Both the position numbers and the translations under genes were made by a program. Positions 48,348 to 56,495 of a stretch of 64,000 nt of DNA are shown here, piece by piece. The notes beneath the pieces were generated by a model. It was not told the DNA's origin, ran no database searches, and saw nothing but the letters and a program-made list of their open reading frames with translations. The stretch spans positions 124,001-188,000 of IMG/VR virus record IMGVR_UViG_3300044591_002232; one strand, written 5' to 3'. Within the stretch, counting starts at the first letter, position 1. Each line of letters starts with the position of its first letter.

Positions 48348-48426
48348 AGGAGAAATTCTTCCAACTTACGACATTGAAGTTCCAGAAGTTCATCATTACA
48401 ACTGTGAAGGGCTAGTATCTCACAAC
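48322..48426 (+). mobile_element. Split intein 2, C-half (35 aa)
   Basis: Blocks F and G ending SHN with +1 Ser. Confidence 0.88.
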
Positions 48427-48861
48427 AGTTCGGTTTCGTGTAATGCAACAAACGGAGTAGAACCTCCTAGAGATTATCTTTCCATTAAACAATCTAAAAA
48501 GGGAACTCTCAAACAAATTGTACCCCAGTATAATAAACTAAAGAACAATTATACACTTCTTTGGGACATGCCTTCAAATGAAGGATATATTAATTGTGTT
48601 TCTGTTATGCAAAAGTTCTTTGACCAGGGAATTAGTGTAAATGGTAGCTATAATCCCCAGAATTATCCAAATAATGAAGTGCCAATCAGTGTTATAGTCA
48701 ATGACGTTCTTTCACTATACAAATATGGTGCAAAGACTGCATATTATCATAACACATATGATGGCAAAACTGATGATGTTTCTGCCGAAGAAATTAAAAA
48801 TAATGATTTAATTTCCGAAATCTTATCATCAGAAGAAGAATGTATCGCATGTAACGTTTAA
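48322..48861 (+). CDS. nrdA: NrdA fragment 3 (35-aa IntC2 plus 144-aa C-terminal extein)
   Basis: YDIEVPEVHHYNCEGLVSHN|SSVSCNATNGVEPPR, DQGIS, KTAYY, C-terminal CIAC redox pair. Confidence 0.92.
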   Translation: MKVKTIQFEGEILPTYDIEVPEVHHYNCEGLVSHNSSVSCNATNGVEPPRDYLSIKQSKKGTLKQIVPQYNKLKNNYTLLWDMPSNEGYINCVSVMQKFFDQGISVNGSYNPQNYPNNEVPISVIVNDVLSLYKYGAKTAYYHNTYDGKTDDVSAEEIKNNDLISEILSSEEECIACNV

Positions 48862-48873
48862 TCTAGGAAATTT

Positions 48874-50022
48874 ATGTCTAAAGTAAAAGGAATGACAGTT
48901 TTTAATACAGAAGAAATTAACACTAAAAAGCAAAAAATGTTTTTTAGTGCTCCATTGGGGATCCAACGATATGATGAGTATAAATACCCAATTTTTGAAA
49001 AACTCACACAACAGCAGCTCAGTTTCTTTTGGCGTCCAGAAGAAATAAATCTTCAAAAAGATAGGGCAGATTATCAGACTCTTCGCTCAGAGCAAAAACA
49101 CATTTATACTTCTAATTTAAAGTATCAGATTATGCTTGATTCTGTTCAGGGTCGAGGAACTTCAATTGCTTTTCTGCCATATTGTTCTTTACCAGAACTT
49201 GAATCATGTATAGAAGCCTGGGGATTCATGGAAATGATCCATAGTCGATCATATACTTATATTATAAAAAATATCTATGCTAACCCATCTGAAATATTTG
49301 ATACTATTATTGGTGATGAGAGAATTTTAGAAAGAGCCAAGAGTATTACTGATAATTACGATGAATATATTCAACATGCTCAACAATACTCTTCTTCAAA
49401 TCTTTGGCAATTTAATAATGAGGGTGTAGATTTAGGTAAAAATGAGCTTTATGAGGTAAAGAGAAAACTTTATCGAGCCATAATGGCAGTGAATATCCTA
49501 GAAGGAATTCGCTTTTATGTTTCCTTTGCTTGTTCTTTTGCCTTTGGTGAGCTGAAGTTAATGGAAGGAAGTGCGAAGATTATTTCGCTAATTAGCCGCG
49601 ATGAAGCGTGTCATTTAAATATAACCCAGAATATTCTTTCAAAATGGAAATCAGGCGACGATCCTGATATGATTAAAATTGCAAAAGAAGAAGAGCAATG
49701 GGTTTATAAGACATTTGAAGAAGCAGTTAATCAAGAAAAAAGATGGGCCGAATATATTTTTAAAGACGGCTCACTTATAGGGTTAAACTCCGCTCTTCTT
49801 TGTCAATATGTTGAGTGGGTTTGTAATAGACGTATGAAGGCTATTGGTTTTAAACCTCTTTATGATATTCCGGCCAATAATAATCCTCTTCCATGGACGG
49901 ATAACTGGCTCAGTTCAAAGGGGGTGCAGGTTGCACCTCAAGAGGTCCAGATTACTTCTTATCTAGTAGGGGGTCTTAATCAGGACATTAAACCAGATAG
50001 TTTCGCCAACTTCAAACTTTGA
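48874..50022 (+). CDS. nrdB: Ribonucleotide reductase class Ia beta subunit
   Basis: FFWRPEEI, DSVQGRG, EMIHSRSY, LEGIRFYVSF, RDEACH. Confidence 0.96.
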   Translation: MSKVKGMTVFNTEEINTKKQKMFFSAPLGIQRYDEYKYPIFEKLTQQQLSFFWRPEEINLQKDRADYQTLRSEQKHIYTSNLKYQIMLDSVQGRGTSIAFLPYCSLPELESCIEAWGFMEMIHSRSYTYIIKNIYANPSEIFDTIIGDERILERAKSITDNYDEYIQHAQQYSSSNLWQFNNEGVDLGKNELYEVKRKLYRAIMAVNILEGIRFYVSFACSFAFGELKLMEGSAKIISLISRDEACHLNITQNILSKWKSGDDPDMIKIAKEEEQWVYKTFEEAVNQEKRWAEYIFKDGSLIGLNSALLCQYVEWVCNRRMKAIGFKPLYDIPANNNPLPWTDNWLSSKGVQVAPQEVQITSYLVGGLNQDIKPDSFANFKL

Positions 50023-50036
50023 CTAAATATATTAGT

Positions 50037-50120
50037 CTGTTAGTACGACAATACTCCACAGACAGGATTAGGTGCTCATATGAGCACCTTTTTTTATAAA
50101 TATTAATGTCGTACTAACAG
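50037..50120 (+). promoter_or_regulatory. Nested inverted-repeat/terminator/late-promoter cassette
   Basis: ctgttagtacgaca (50037-50050) and tgtcgtactaacag (50107-50120) flank palindrome aggtgctcatatgagcacct and TATAAATA. Confidence 0.65.
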
Positions 50121-50127
50121 AATATAA

Positions 50128-50223
50128 ATGACTAAATTAAATCCGAGAATTTATACATATAAAATTACTTTATATCAGAGAAATAGAGGAATAGATAAAT
50201 CAAATCGAATAAGAATTAAATAA
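50128..50223 (+). pseudogene. Truncated GIY-YIG-type endonuclease N-terminus
   Basis: MTKLNPRIYTYKIT then unrelated sequence; same upstream cassette as the intact gene at 52963. Confidence 0.55.
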
Positions 50224-50283
50224 CCCCGGCCCCTTTAAGGGTCTTTTTACTAAATACTAAAAGAAAACCTATTTCTAAAAAAT

Positions 50284-51561
50284 ATGTCACTTTATAGTCT
50301 AACAGAAGCCTATTCGGAAATCTACGATCACCGAAAGGTCGAAGATCTGTTTGATAATCTTCGATTTGTTGATTACATGCAAGATGGAGATATTGAACAA
50401 GTAGTCGAAGAACTCGTTTGGGAATTCCGTGATTATGGTAATACCTTAGACGAATCATTTGAAATGCTCTCATTTGCCTCGACCGATGAGGTAATTTGTG
50501 AGTCTTACGATGAGCTTATTGAAGATATTCTCACCGAGGCAACTGTTACCAAAGGATCCCAGCGTTCTCAATATGCTGGCTCTGCTCAGGATAGAGTGAC
50601 TTCTGGTCGTGGTGATATTATGGCCCAACAATCTGCTGCTAAAAAACTAGCCAGAAAGTCTGGTAAGGCGGTTGCGGCTGGCCTGGATGCAGAATCAAAG
50701 CAAAGAATGTCAGCTCGCGCCGCACGAGTTGGTAATGCTATTTCTAAGGTTAAATCCAAACTCAGTGGTCCTATTTCTTCTGTAAAACAGTCTATCTCAG
50801 GTTCTGCTGGTGGTCTAGGCCGTGCCACTAAGGCTATGGGTGGTAAAGTAGTAGAAAAAGGTAAGGCCATGTTAAAATCGATTCTTCGTCGTGGTGGTAA
50901 GGCCATCTATGGTGCTGGAAAGGCAATTGAGGGTAGTGGTAGAGCGGCATCCGCTGCTCCAGCAACCACTAGAACCGCCAAGGTTGGTCGCACCACTGTT
51001 ACCACTACCACAGAGCCTGGTGGTAGTAAAAGGCAGGCTGTTGGTCGGGCTGTTCGTAAAGTAGGTGTTGCGCTTCAAAGAAAGGCGGGTAAGAAAGATG
51101 AGCCCAAAATGAGTCGGGCTGATTATGAGTCTCGTAAGTCCGAAAGAACTACATCTGCCAAGAAAGAAGTGGGTGATGCATTTGCAAAGCCAAAACCAAT
51201 GCTTGCTCTTCCAGCAAAAACCTCTGGCCAGCCTGCTGTCCAAAGAACAGTTTCGGCTCGTAAACAAGAGGCCGCCAAGAAAATTGCCAAGGCCGCAGAA
51301 GGTTCAACTGCTAGGGGAACTCGATTTTCTGGTCCAGGGGCTCGTCTTTCTAGCCAAAGAACCAAGACTGGTTATAAAGAGCGTCTTGCCAAGTTTGCAT
51401 CTCAACTATCCGAGCAAGATTATAACACTCTAGTTGATTATATTCTTGAGGACATGATTTCAGAAGGTTATGCTTCTGATGTACTAGAAGCTCTTGATCT
51501 ATTTGAATCATTGACCGAAGATAGTGTAATTGATATTGCACTTGATTATTTTAACGACTGA
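50284..51561 (+). CDS. Late protein: acidic termini with long K/A/R/G-rich basic core
   Basis: ORF track; C-terminal YILEDMISEGYA module; late promoter 50250. Confidence 0.7.
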   Translation: MSLYSLTEAYSEIYDHRKVEDLFDNLRFVDYMQDGDIEQVVEELVWEFRDYGNTLDESFEMLSFASTDEVICESYDELIEDILTEATVTKGSQRSQYAGSAQDRVTSGRGDIMAQQSAAKKLARKSGKAVAAGLDAESKQRMSARAARVGNAISKVKSKLSGPISSVKQSISGSAGGLGRATKAMGGKVVEKGKAMLKSILRRGGKAIYGAGKAIEGSGRAASAAPATTRTAKVGRTTVTTTTEPGGSKRQAVGRAVRKVGVALQRKAGKKDEPKMSRADYESRKSERTTSAKKEVGDAFAKPKPMLALPAKTSGQPAVQRTVSARKQEAAKKIAKAAEGSTARGTRFSGPGARLSSQRTKTGYKERLAKFASQLSEQDYNTLVDYILEDMISEGYASDVLEALDLFESLTEDSVIDIALDYFND

Positions 51562-51713
51562 TGATCCACTCTACTGATGTTTATGCTCTTAAGGCCAAAT
51601 TAAACGGCCTTAAAAATAAACTCCAAAGAGAACAAAATCCACAAAACGAAAAGAACCTCGCTGATGATTACCTCAATGAGGTTCTTTTCCTTGTGGATTC
51701 TCTCCTGAAATAA
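51561..51713 (+). CDS. Small conserved hypothetical (50 aa)
   Basis: MIHSTDVYALKAKLNGLKNKL...LADDYLNEVLFLV; TGATG-coupled. Confidence 0.5.
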   Translation: MIHSTDVYALKAKLNGLKNKLQREQNPQNEKNLADDYLNEVLFLVDSLLK

Positions 51714-52110
51714 CCAGCCCATAAATTCTTTCTACTTCGCTAGAATAAAATTTTCCTTCAATATTAGTATTATAATAGGCCTCATCTAATAAAACATTTC
51801 TTTTAAACTGCTCGTATGTCTCATAATAGGACATACTTTTTTTATGAGGGCATAAATACAAAATTTCTCTTTTGAACTTGTTTTCACCTAAAGATTTAAC
51901 GTCTTCTTTTAGTTGGTCACAACTACCGAAATATTTTCTCCAATCGCTTTCTTTGGTTTGCCGTCTTCCAGTCTTTGCGTTTTTTCTTCTTTCCCAGAAA
52001 TGTTTTTTACCAATGTACTTCATCCCGTTTTCTATGTTTGTTATTAAGTAAACAAATCCCTCATACTTTTTATCGACCTCATCAAATTCTTGACCGTTAA
52101 AATACCACAC
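51673..52110 (-). CDS. GIY-YIG family nuclease, conserved in T4-like phages
   Basis: GFVYLITN..NGMKYIGKK, WRKYFGS, FKREIL. Confidence 0.8.
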   Translation of the reverse strand: MWYFNGQEFDEVDKKYEGFVYLITNIENGMKYIGKKHFWERRKNAKTGRRQTKESDWRKYFGSCDQLKEDVKSLGENKFKREILYLCPHKKSMSYYETYEQFKRNVLLDEAYYNTNIEGKFYSSEVERIYGLVISGENPQGKEPH

Positions 52111-52139
52111 AAAAACTAAATAGTAATATAGCAGTATTT

Positions 52140-52853
52140 ATGGTCATGAAAATAGAACTTCAGAATTTCTTTAGGTATTATAATCATAATCTATCAAAGC
52201 ACCGTGCGGCGGTTGATGATTTAGCCAGAGTTTTAGAGCAGAAGGCCCCTGAACTTCTTGAGGACAATGCAAATTGGGTAAGAATTTATAGGGCACCAGA
52301 AGAAACCGCAAAACCATCTGGTATCTTATTAAATGTCCCCTGGTACCCGCAAACGGATAATTTCACTTTGCCTGATTCCACTTGTAATTCCTCTGCTTGT
52401 GCAATGTGTCTAGAGTTTCTAAAACCCGGATCACTTCCACCTGGACCAAGAGGAGACGACGCTTATTTGAGAAAAGTATTGGCCATTGGTAGCTCTACTG
52501 ATCATGGTGTTCAGACTAGAGTTTTGAGGAGTTATGGTCTTGAGTCGGTTTTTAGATATGACATGACATTTGCAGATCTTGATAGAGAACTAGAGGCCGG
52601 AAGACCAGTTGCGATTGGCATTCTTCATAGAGGACCTGAAAGTGCTCCTACAGGTTCAGGGCATATTATTGTGGTGATTGGAAAAACTGATAAGGGAGAC
52701 TACGTGGCGAATGATCCATACGGGGATCTTGCGGATGGCTACACTGGAGCCGTATCTAAAGGGAGAGGGGTTGTTTATTCAAGAATAACATTAGAAAAAA
52801 GGTGGACCATAAAACATCCTGCTGACGGGTGGGGTAGAGTATTTCTATCATAA
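52140..52853 (+). CDS. Peptidase C39-like putative cell-wall hydrolase
   Basis: Q..N....C.SSACAM, GHIIVVIG, NDPYG (Cys-His-Asp pattern). Confidence 0.75.
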   Translation: MVMKIELQNFFRYYNHNLSKHRAAVDDLARVLEQKAPELLEDNANWVRIYRAPEETAKPSGILLNVPWYPQTDNFTLPDSTCNSSACAMCLEFLKPGSLPPGPRGDDAYLRKVLAIGSSTDHGVQTRVLRSYGLESVFRYDMTFADLDRELEAGRPVAIGILHRGPESAPTGSGHIIVVIGKTDKGDYVANDPYGDLADGYTGAVSKGRGVVYSRITLEKRWTIKHPADGWGRVFLS

Positions 52854-52867
52854 ATAGAAGTGCCTGT

Positions 52868-52952
52868 AATTGACTTGCATCTTTCCAGGTTGGGAGGTAT
52901 TTTTACCTCCCTTTCAAGTATAAACTTTTATAAATAGTAGTGCAAGTCAATT
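52868..52952 (+). promoter_or_regulatory. Nested inverted-repeat/terminator/late-promoter cassette, second copy
   Basis: aattgacttgca and tgcaagtcaatt flank gggaggta-tttt-tacctccc and TATAAATA. Confidence 0.65.
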
Positions 52953-52962
52953 TATAAAGCAA

Positions 52963-53736
52963 ATGATTACTTATATTGCCAGAAATACTATGAATGGAAA
53001 ATTTTATATTGGAAGTACTATTAATTTCAATAGAAGAAAAAATGAACATCTAAAATCTAATTCTAATTATCCTTTTCATATAGCATTAAGAAAAACCCCA
53101 GATTGTTTTGAATGGGAAGTAATAGAAGACGATAGTGAAGAAAGAATTCTTGAACAATCTTTATTAGATATGTGGTATGGTAAAGAAATGTGTTATAATT
53201 TGAGTCCTACTGCCAACTGTCCTTCAACAAATTTTGAGGCAAATTATAAAATTGGAATGAGAGTTAAAGAATTAAAACTTGGATTTCATAATCCAGAATA
53301 TATAAATTCTTTTGACCATAAAAAAATGCTACATGAAACTGGAAAAAAATGTTTTGAAAATGAAATTGGAATTCATAGTAAAGAATATAAAAAATCAGAT
53401 AAACCGAAAATGGTCGGTAGAATGGTAGGTTTAGTAATTGGAAAACAAAATTATGAGAATAAAATTGGAATCTTTAGCCCAGAGTACAGAAATTCTCAAA
53501 AATTTATAGATGATAATAAAAAAAGAATAGAAAGATCAAAAGAAGTTTGTAGTAAATCAATAATTATTATTAGTCCTAATGGAGACAAATTTATTTTTTA
53601 TTCTATGCAGGAAGCCGAACGAAAACTAGGTATTAAAAATCAAACAGTTTCTAGACTTGCTAAAAGAGGAACTCCAGCCACAAGAGGAAAATGGAAAGGG
53701 TGGAGAGTAATGTATAATACGGAGAACGATAAATGA
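52963..53736 (+). CDS. GIY-YIG homing endonuclease with C-terminal HTH/NUMOD-like domain
   Basis: ITYIARN..NGKFYIGST.NF..RK..H; FYSMQEAERKLGI. Confidence 0.8.
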   Translation: MITYIARNTMNGKFYIGSTINFNRRKNEHLKSNSNYPFHIALRKTPDCFEWEVIEDDSEERILEQSLLDMWYGKEMCYNLSPTANCPSTNFEANYKIGMRVKELKLGFHNPEYINSFDHKKMLHETGKKCFENEIGIHSKEYKKSDKPKMVGRMVGLVIGKQNYENKIGIFSPEYRNSQKFIDDNKKRIERSKEVCSKSIIIISPNGDKFIFYSMQEAERKLGIKNQTVSRLAKRGTPATRGKWKGWRVMYNTENDK

Positions 53737-54353
53737 ATATTAAATTCACTGATGCTGCCAAGTTTTATAAAGAACTCCCACATCAAGTAGATGCATGGAA
53801 TTTTCTCCAGGCATCTATTCATAAAGAGATTTTAGACGAGTTTTCAAGACGTTTTAGAAATGAAAAAGTAGAACCGACACTTGAAGGACTACCAGAACCT
53901 GGAATTAAACTTATCAAGGAATTTGAGGGGTGTCATCTCAAAGCATATTATGATCCCCTCACAAATTCTCTCCCAATTACAATCGGATGGGGCAGCACTC
54001 GTAGAAAAGACGGAACTCGTTTTATGATCGGGAACACTATCACCCAAGATGAGGCAGATGATCTTCTATACTTCCAGCTTCGCCGTGAGTTTTTACCTTC
54101 TCTACAGAAAATTCCTTATTGGAATGAAATGAGTGAGAATCAGCAAGGAGCACTTTTATCTTTCGCTTATAATTTAGGTGCTAATTTTTATGGCTCTTCT
54201 GGTTTTAATACAATTTCTAAAAACCTGAGAGAAAAAGATTGGAAAGCAATTCCTAAAACTTTAGAACTTTATAGGAATCCAGGTAGTTCTGTTGAAGCAG
54301 GATTGTTGCGCAGAAGAATTGCCGAAGGAAAATTGTGGATGGAAGGTCTCTAA
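53733..54353 (+). CDS. Endolysin, GH24 lysozyme
   Basis: LIKEFEG..L.AY.D...TIGWGST, ALLSFAYNLG, GLLRRRIAE. Confidence 0.9.
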   Translation: MNIKFTDAAKFYKELPHQVDAWNFLQASIHKEILDEFSRRFRNEKVEPTLEGLPEPGIKLIKEFEGCHLKAYYDPLTNSLPITIGWGSTRRKDGTRFMIGNTITQDEADDLLYFQLRREFLPSLQKIPYWNEMSENQQGALLSFAYNLGANFYGSSGFNTISKNLREKDWKAIPKTLELYRNPGSSVEAGLLRRRIAEGKLWMEGL

Positions 54354-54700
54354 TGTCCGTTTCAGAAGTAGTCAGATTTAGGATTTTTAAGGGAACGGAT
54401 TTTGATGAACCCTTTCAATTATTTCAAAAATCTCAAATAAAAACTCCTATTAACCTCACGGGTTGTACTGTTATTGCAAGGATAAAGAAATTCCCGACTT
54501 CTCCTACTTTTGAAACGTTCAGTATCGTTTATGTTAATAGGGCACAAGGTCAAATAAAATTAACCATGGATAACCTAGTAACTTCTGACCTAATAGAGGG
54601 CCGGAATTATTTTGATATTTTTGTTGTTTATCCAGATGAGTCTGTAAAATTAGAAACAAAAGGAACTTGTCTAGTAGAAGAAACTTCTTATGTTAATTAG
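54353..54700 (+). CDS. BppU-like small virion protein
   Basis: GTDF...F, INLTGCTVIARIKK, GRNYFDI. Confidence 0.55.
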   Translation: MSVSEVVRFRIFKGTDFDEPFQLFQKSQIKTPINLTGCTVIARIKKFPTSPTFETFSIVYVNRAQGQIKLTMDNLVTSDLIEGRNYFDIFVVYPDESVKLETKGTCLVEETSYVN

Positions 54701-54884
54701 ACTCATTCTTCTTAATCCACTCCTTTAATTCACAAACATAAGACCTTAACTGATTCGCTTTTTCCAGGTGCCATAAATCGCCACTTTTAAAATACTCTCT
54801 ATTGTGGTTGTCGATGGCCTTCAGCAAATTATGAATCGGGGTGTTCCAGTCTTTTCTAGAATCAGTGTCAAATTCTCTTGGCAT
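54693..54884 (-). CDS. Small conserved cyanophage hypothetical
   Basis: WNTPIHNLLKAIDNH..WHLEKA. Confidence 0.6.
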   Translation of the reverse strand: MPREFDTDSRKDWNTPIHNLLKAIDNHNREYFKSGDLWHLEKANQLRSYVCELKEWIKKNESN

Positions 54885-54887
54885 TAT

Positions 54888-55139
54888 TTACCTTTCATCT
54901 ATTTTTGTTTTTAAGGCGATAATAGTGGTCAGAAGTGTGAGCAAGACCTCATAACCCCTTCTTTCTGATTCTTTGCAATCTAGAGGTGGTGGATTTTTAA
55001 GCCCGCCCATTACGTTGGCCCTATTAATGGAACCAGGCACCAGGAAATTACATGAAACAAAATTAATTCCAATAAATCCTATTAATGATAAACAAATTAC
55101 GAAAATTAAATTTGTTAATGTCTTTTTTTTGTTATCCAT
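54888..55139 (-). CDS. Small membrane protein
   Basis: N- and C-terminal hydrophobic segments. Confidence 0.55.
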   Translation of the reverse strand: MDNKKKTLTNLIFVICLSLIGFIGINFVSCNFLVPGSINRANVMGGLKNPPPLDCKESERRGYEVLLTLLTTIIALKTKIDER

Positions 55140-55202
55140 TATAGGAAACTTCTTTTAAGTATTTAGATTTTTCACTAAATAATCAAGGTCTGTTAATTTT
55201 AA

Positions 55203-55529
55203 ATGCGACTGTACCAAACGTCTCAAGATTTATTGTTTAACCTGGAAGCAACAACAAGTTCAGAAGCAAGGAAAAAATGGAGAGAGTCAATAAAAGAAGA
55301 ATGGAATTACGAATGCGCCTATTGTGGTTCCTCTGAAAACTTGACATTAGACCACATAACACCTAGAATTAAAGGTGGATCTGATCGAATTACCAATATT
55401 GTTTGTGCCTGCAACAAATGTAATCATTCTAAAGGCCATCAATTTTGGTCTGATTGGTATTTACAGCAAGACTTTTTCACAACAGACAGACTGTCTGAAA
55501 TTATTAACTGGCAAAATGGAAGACGATAG
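55203..55529 (+). CDS. HNH endonuclease
   Basis: CAYCG..LTLDHITPRIKGG..N...AC.KCN.SKG. Confidence 0.88.
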   Translation: MRLYQTSQDLLFNLEATTSSEARKKWRESIKEEWNYECAYCGSSENLTLDHITPRIKGGSDRITNIVCACNKCNHSKGHQFWSDWYLQQDFFTTDRLSEIINWQNGRR

Positions 55530-55694
55530 TACAATGCTCCAGGCACTAAATGAGGTGTCTGGAGCGATTATTGGTTATTTGGCAATCATTATACCGCTAC
55601 TCGCACTGCTCTAATGGACAAAAAGCAAACTGACCACTCATTGCACAATTGTTTGTTTTTTGTGTTATTATTTGGTTTCGTTGCATTATGTACC

Positions 55695-55820
55695 ATGTCC
55701 GAATTACGTTACCAGATTTCTCGTCTTTGGCTACCTTTCCAATATTGGGGTCAGCTCATGTATTCTTATGATATTAGTACCAGGGAATATTTTTATTCAT
55801 TGATTAATGGTAAATCGTGA
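55695..55820 (+). CDS. Small hypothetical (ATG 55695 preferred because a promoter lies in 55614-55690)
   Basis: ORF track plus promoter motif. Confidence 0.4.
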   Translation: MSELRYQISRLWLPFQYWGQLMYSYDISTREYFYSLINGKS

Positions 55821-56242
55821 TTCAAAAAAGTCATCTAAAAAAAAGTATTCTTGATCAGGCCATTGCCGTTGCCATGGCCTCGGATGCCCCTAAGAAAATG
55901 GGAGCCATTCTTCTTAAGAGAAATAAAATCATTTCGGCTGCGGTTAATGATTATGAAAAGACCCATCCGGTTCAGTATTGGGCCGCTCAAAATGCTGCCA
56001 AGATCTTCAATGATGATTCTCTTGCAAAAAAGGTATTTTGTCATTGTGAGATAAATTGTCTAATTAAGGCAAAAGAGACCGCTGATACTATTGTTGTTTG
56101 CCGTGTTGGTGGTCATGGCAAGAAATACATAAGAAATGCCAGACCCTGTAAATTGTGTTCGGTTTTTCTTATAAAGAATAAAATTTATAATATCCATTAT
56201 TCCACCGATAATGGATTCGTTTATGAAAACTGGGAGGATTAA
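55817..56242 (+). CDS. Cytidine/dCMP deaminase-fold zinc protein
   Basis: HCEINC (HxE) and ARPCKLC (PCxxC). Confidence 0.75.
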   Translation: MIQKSHLKKSILDQAIAVAMASDAPKKMGAILLKRNKIISAAVNDYEKTHPVQYWAAQNAAKIFNDDSLAKKVFCHCEINCLIKAKETADTIVVCRVGGHGKKYIRNARPCKLCSVFLIKNKIYNIHYSTDNGFVYENWED

Positions 56243-56243
56243 A

Positions 56244-56396
56244 ATGTCACTTATTTCACAAAAAGATCGAAAACTTGCTATTGAGGCCTTGGAGTCTTAT
56301 GCATATAAGTTCGATCTATCACAAGAAAAACGGATGGAGCTAAATGCCTTGATCAATTGGATTAAGTTAGAAATTTATAAGAACGAGCCGGTTTAA
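56244..56396 (+). CDS. Small conserved hypothetical
   Basis: MSLISQKDRKLAIEALE..LINWIKLE; GGAGG RBS. Confidence 0.55.
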   Translation: MSLISQKDRKLAIEALESYAYKFDLSQEKRMELNALINWIKLEIYKNEPV

Positions 56397-56495
56397 GAAC
56401 TGGCACATACGCCTTACTTTAGGATTTATCTGTGCTATATACTATGGATGTGGGATAGACCACGCCAAACTTAAAATTCTAAGGAGTTTAGAATC

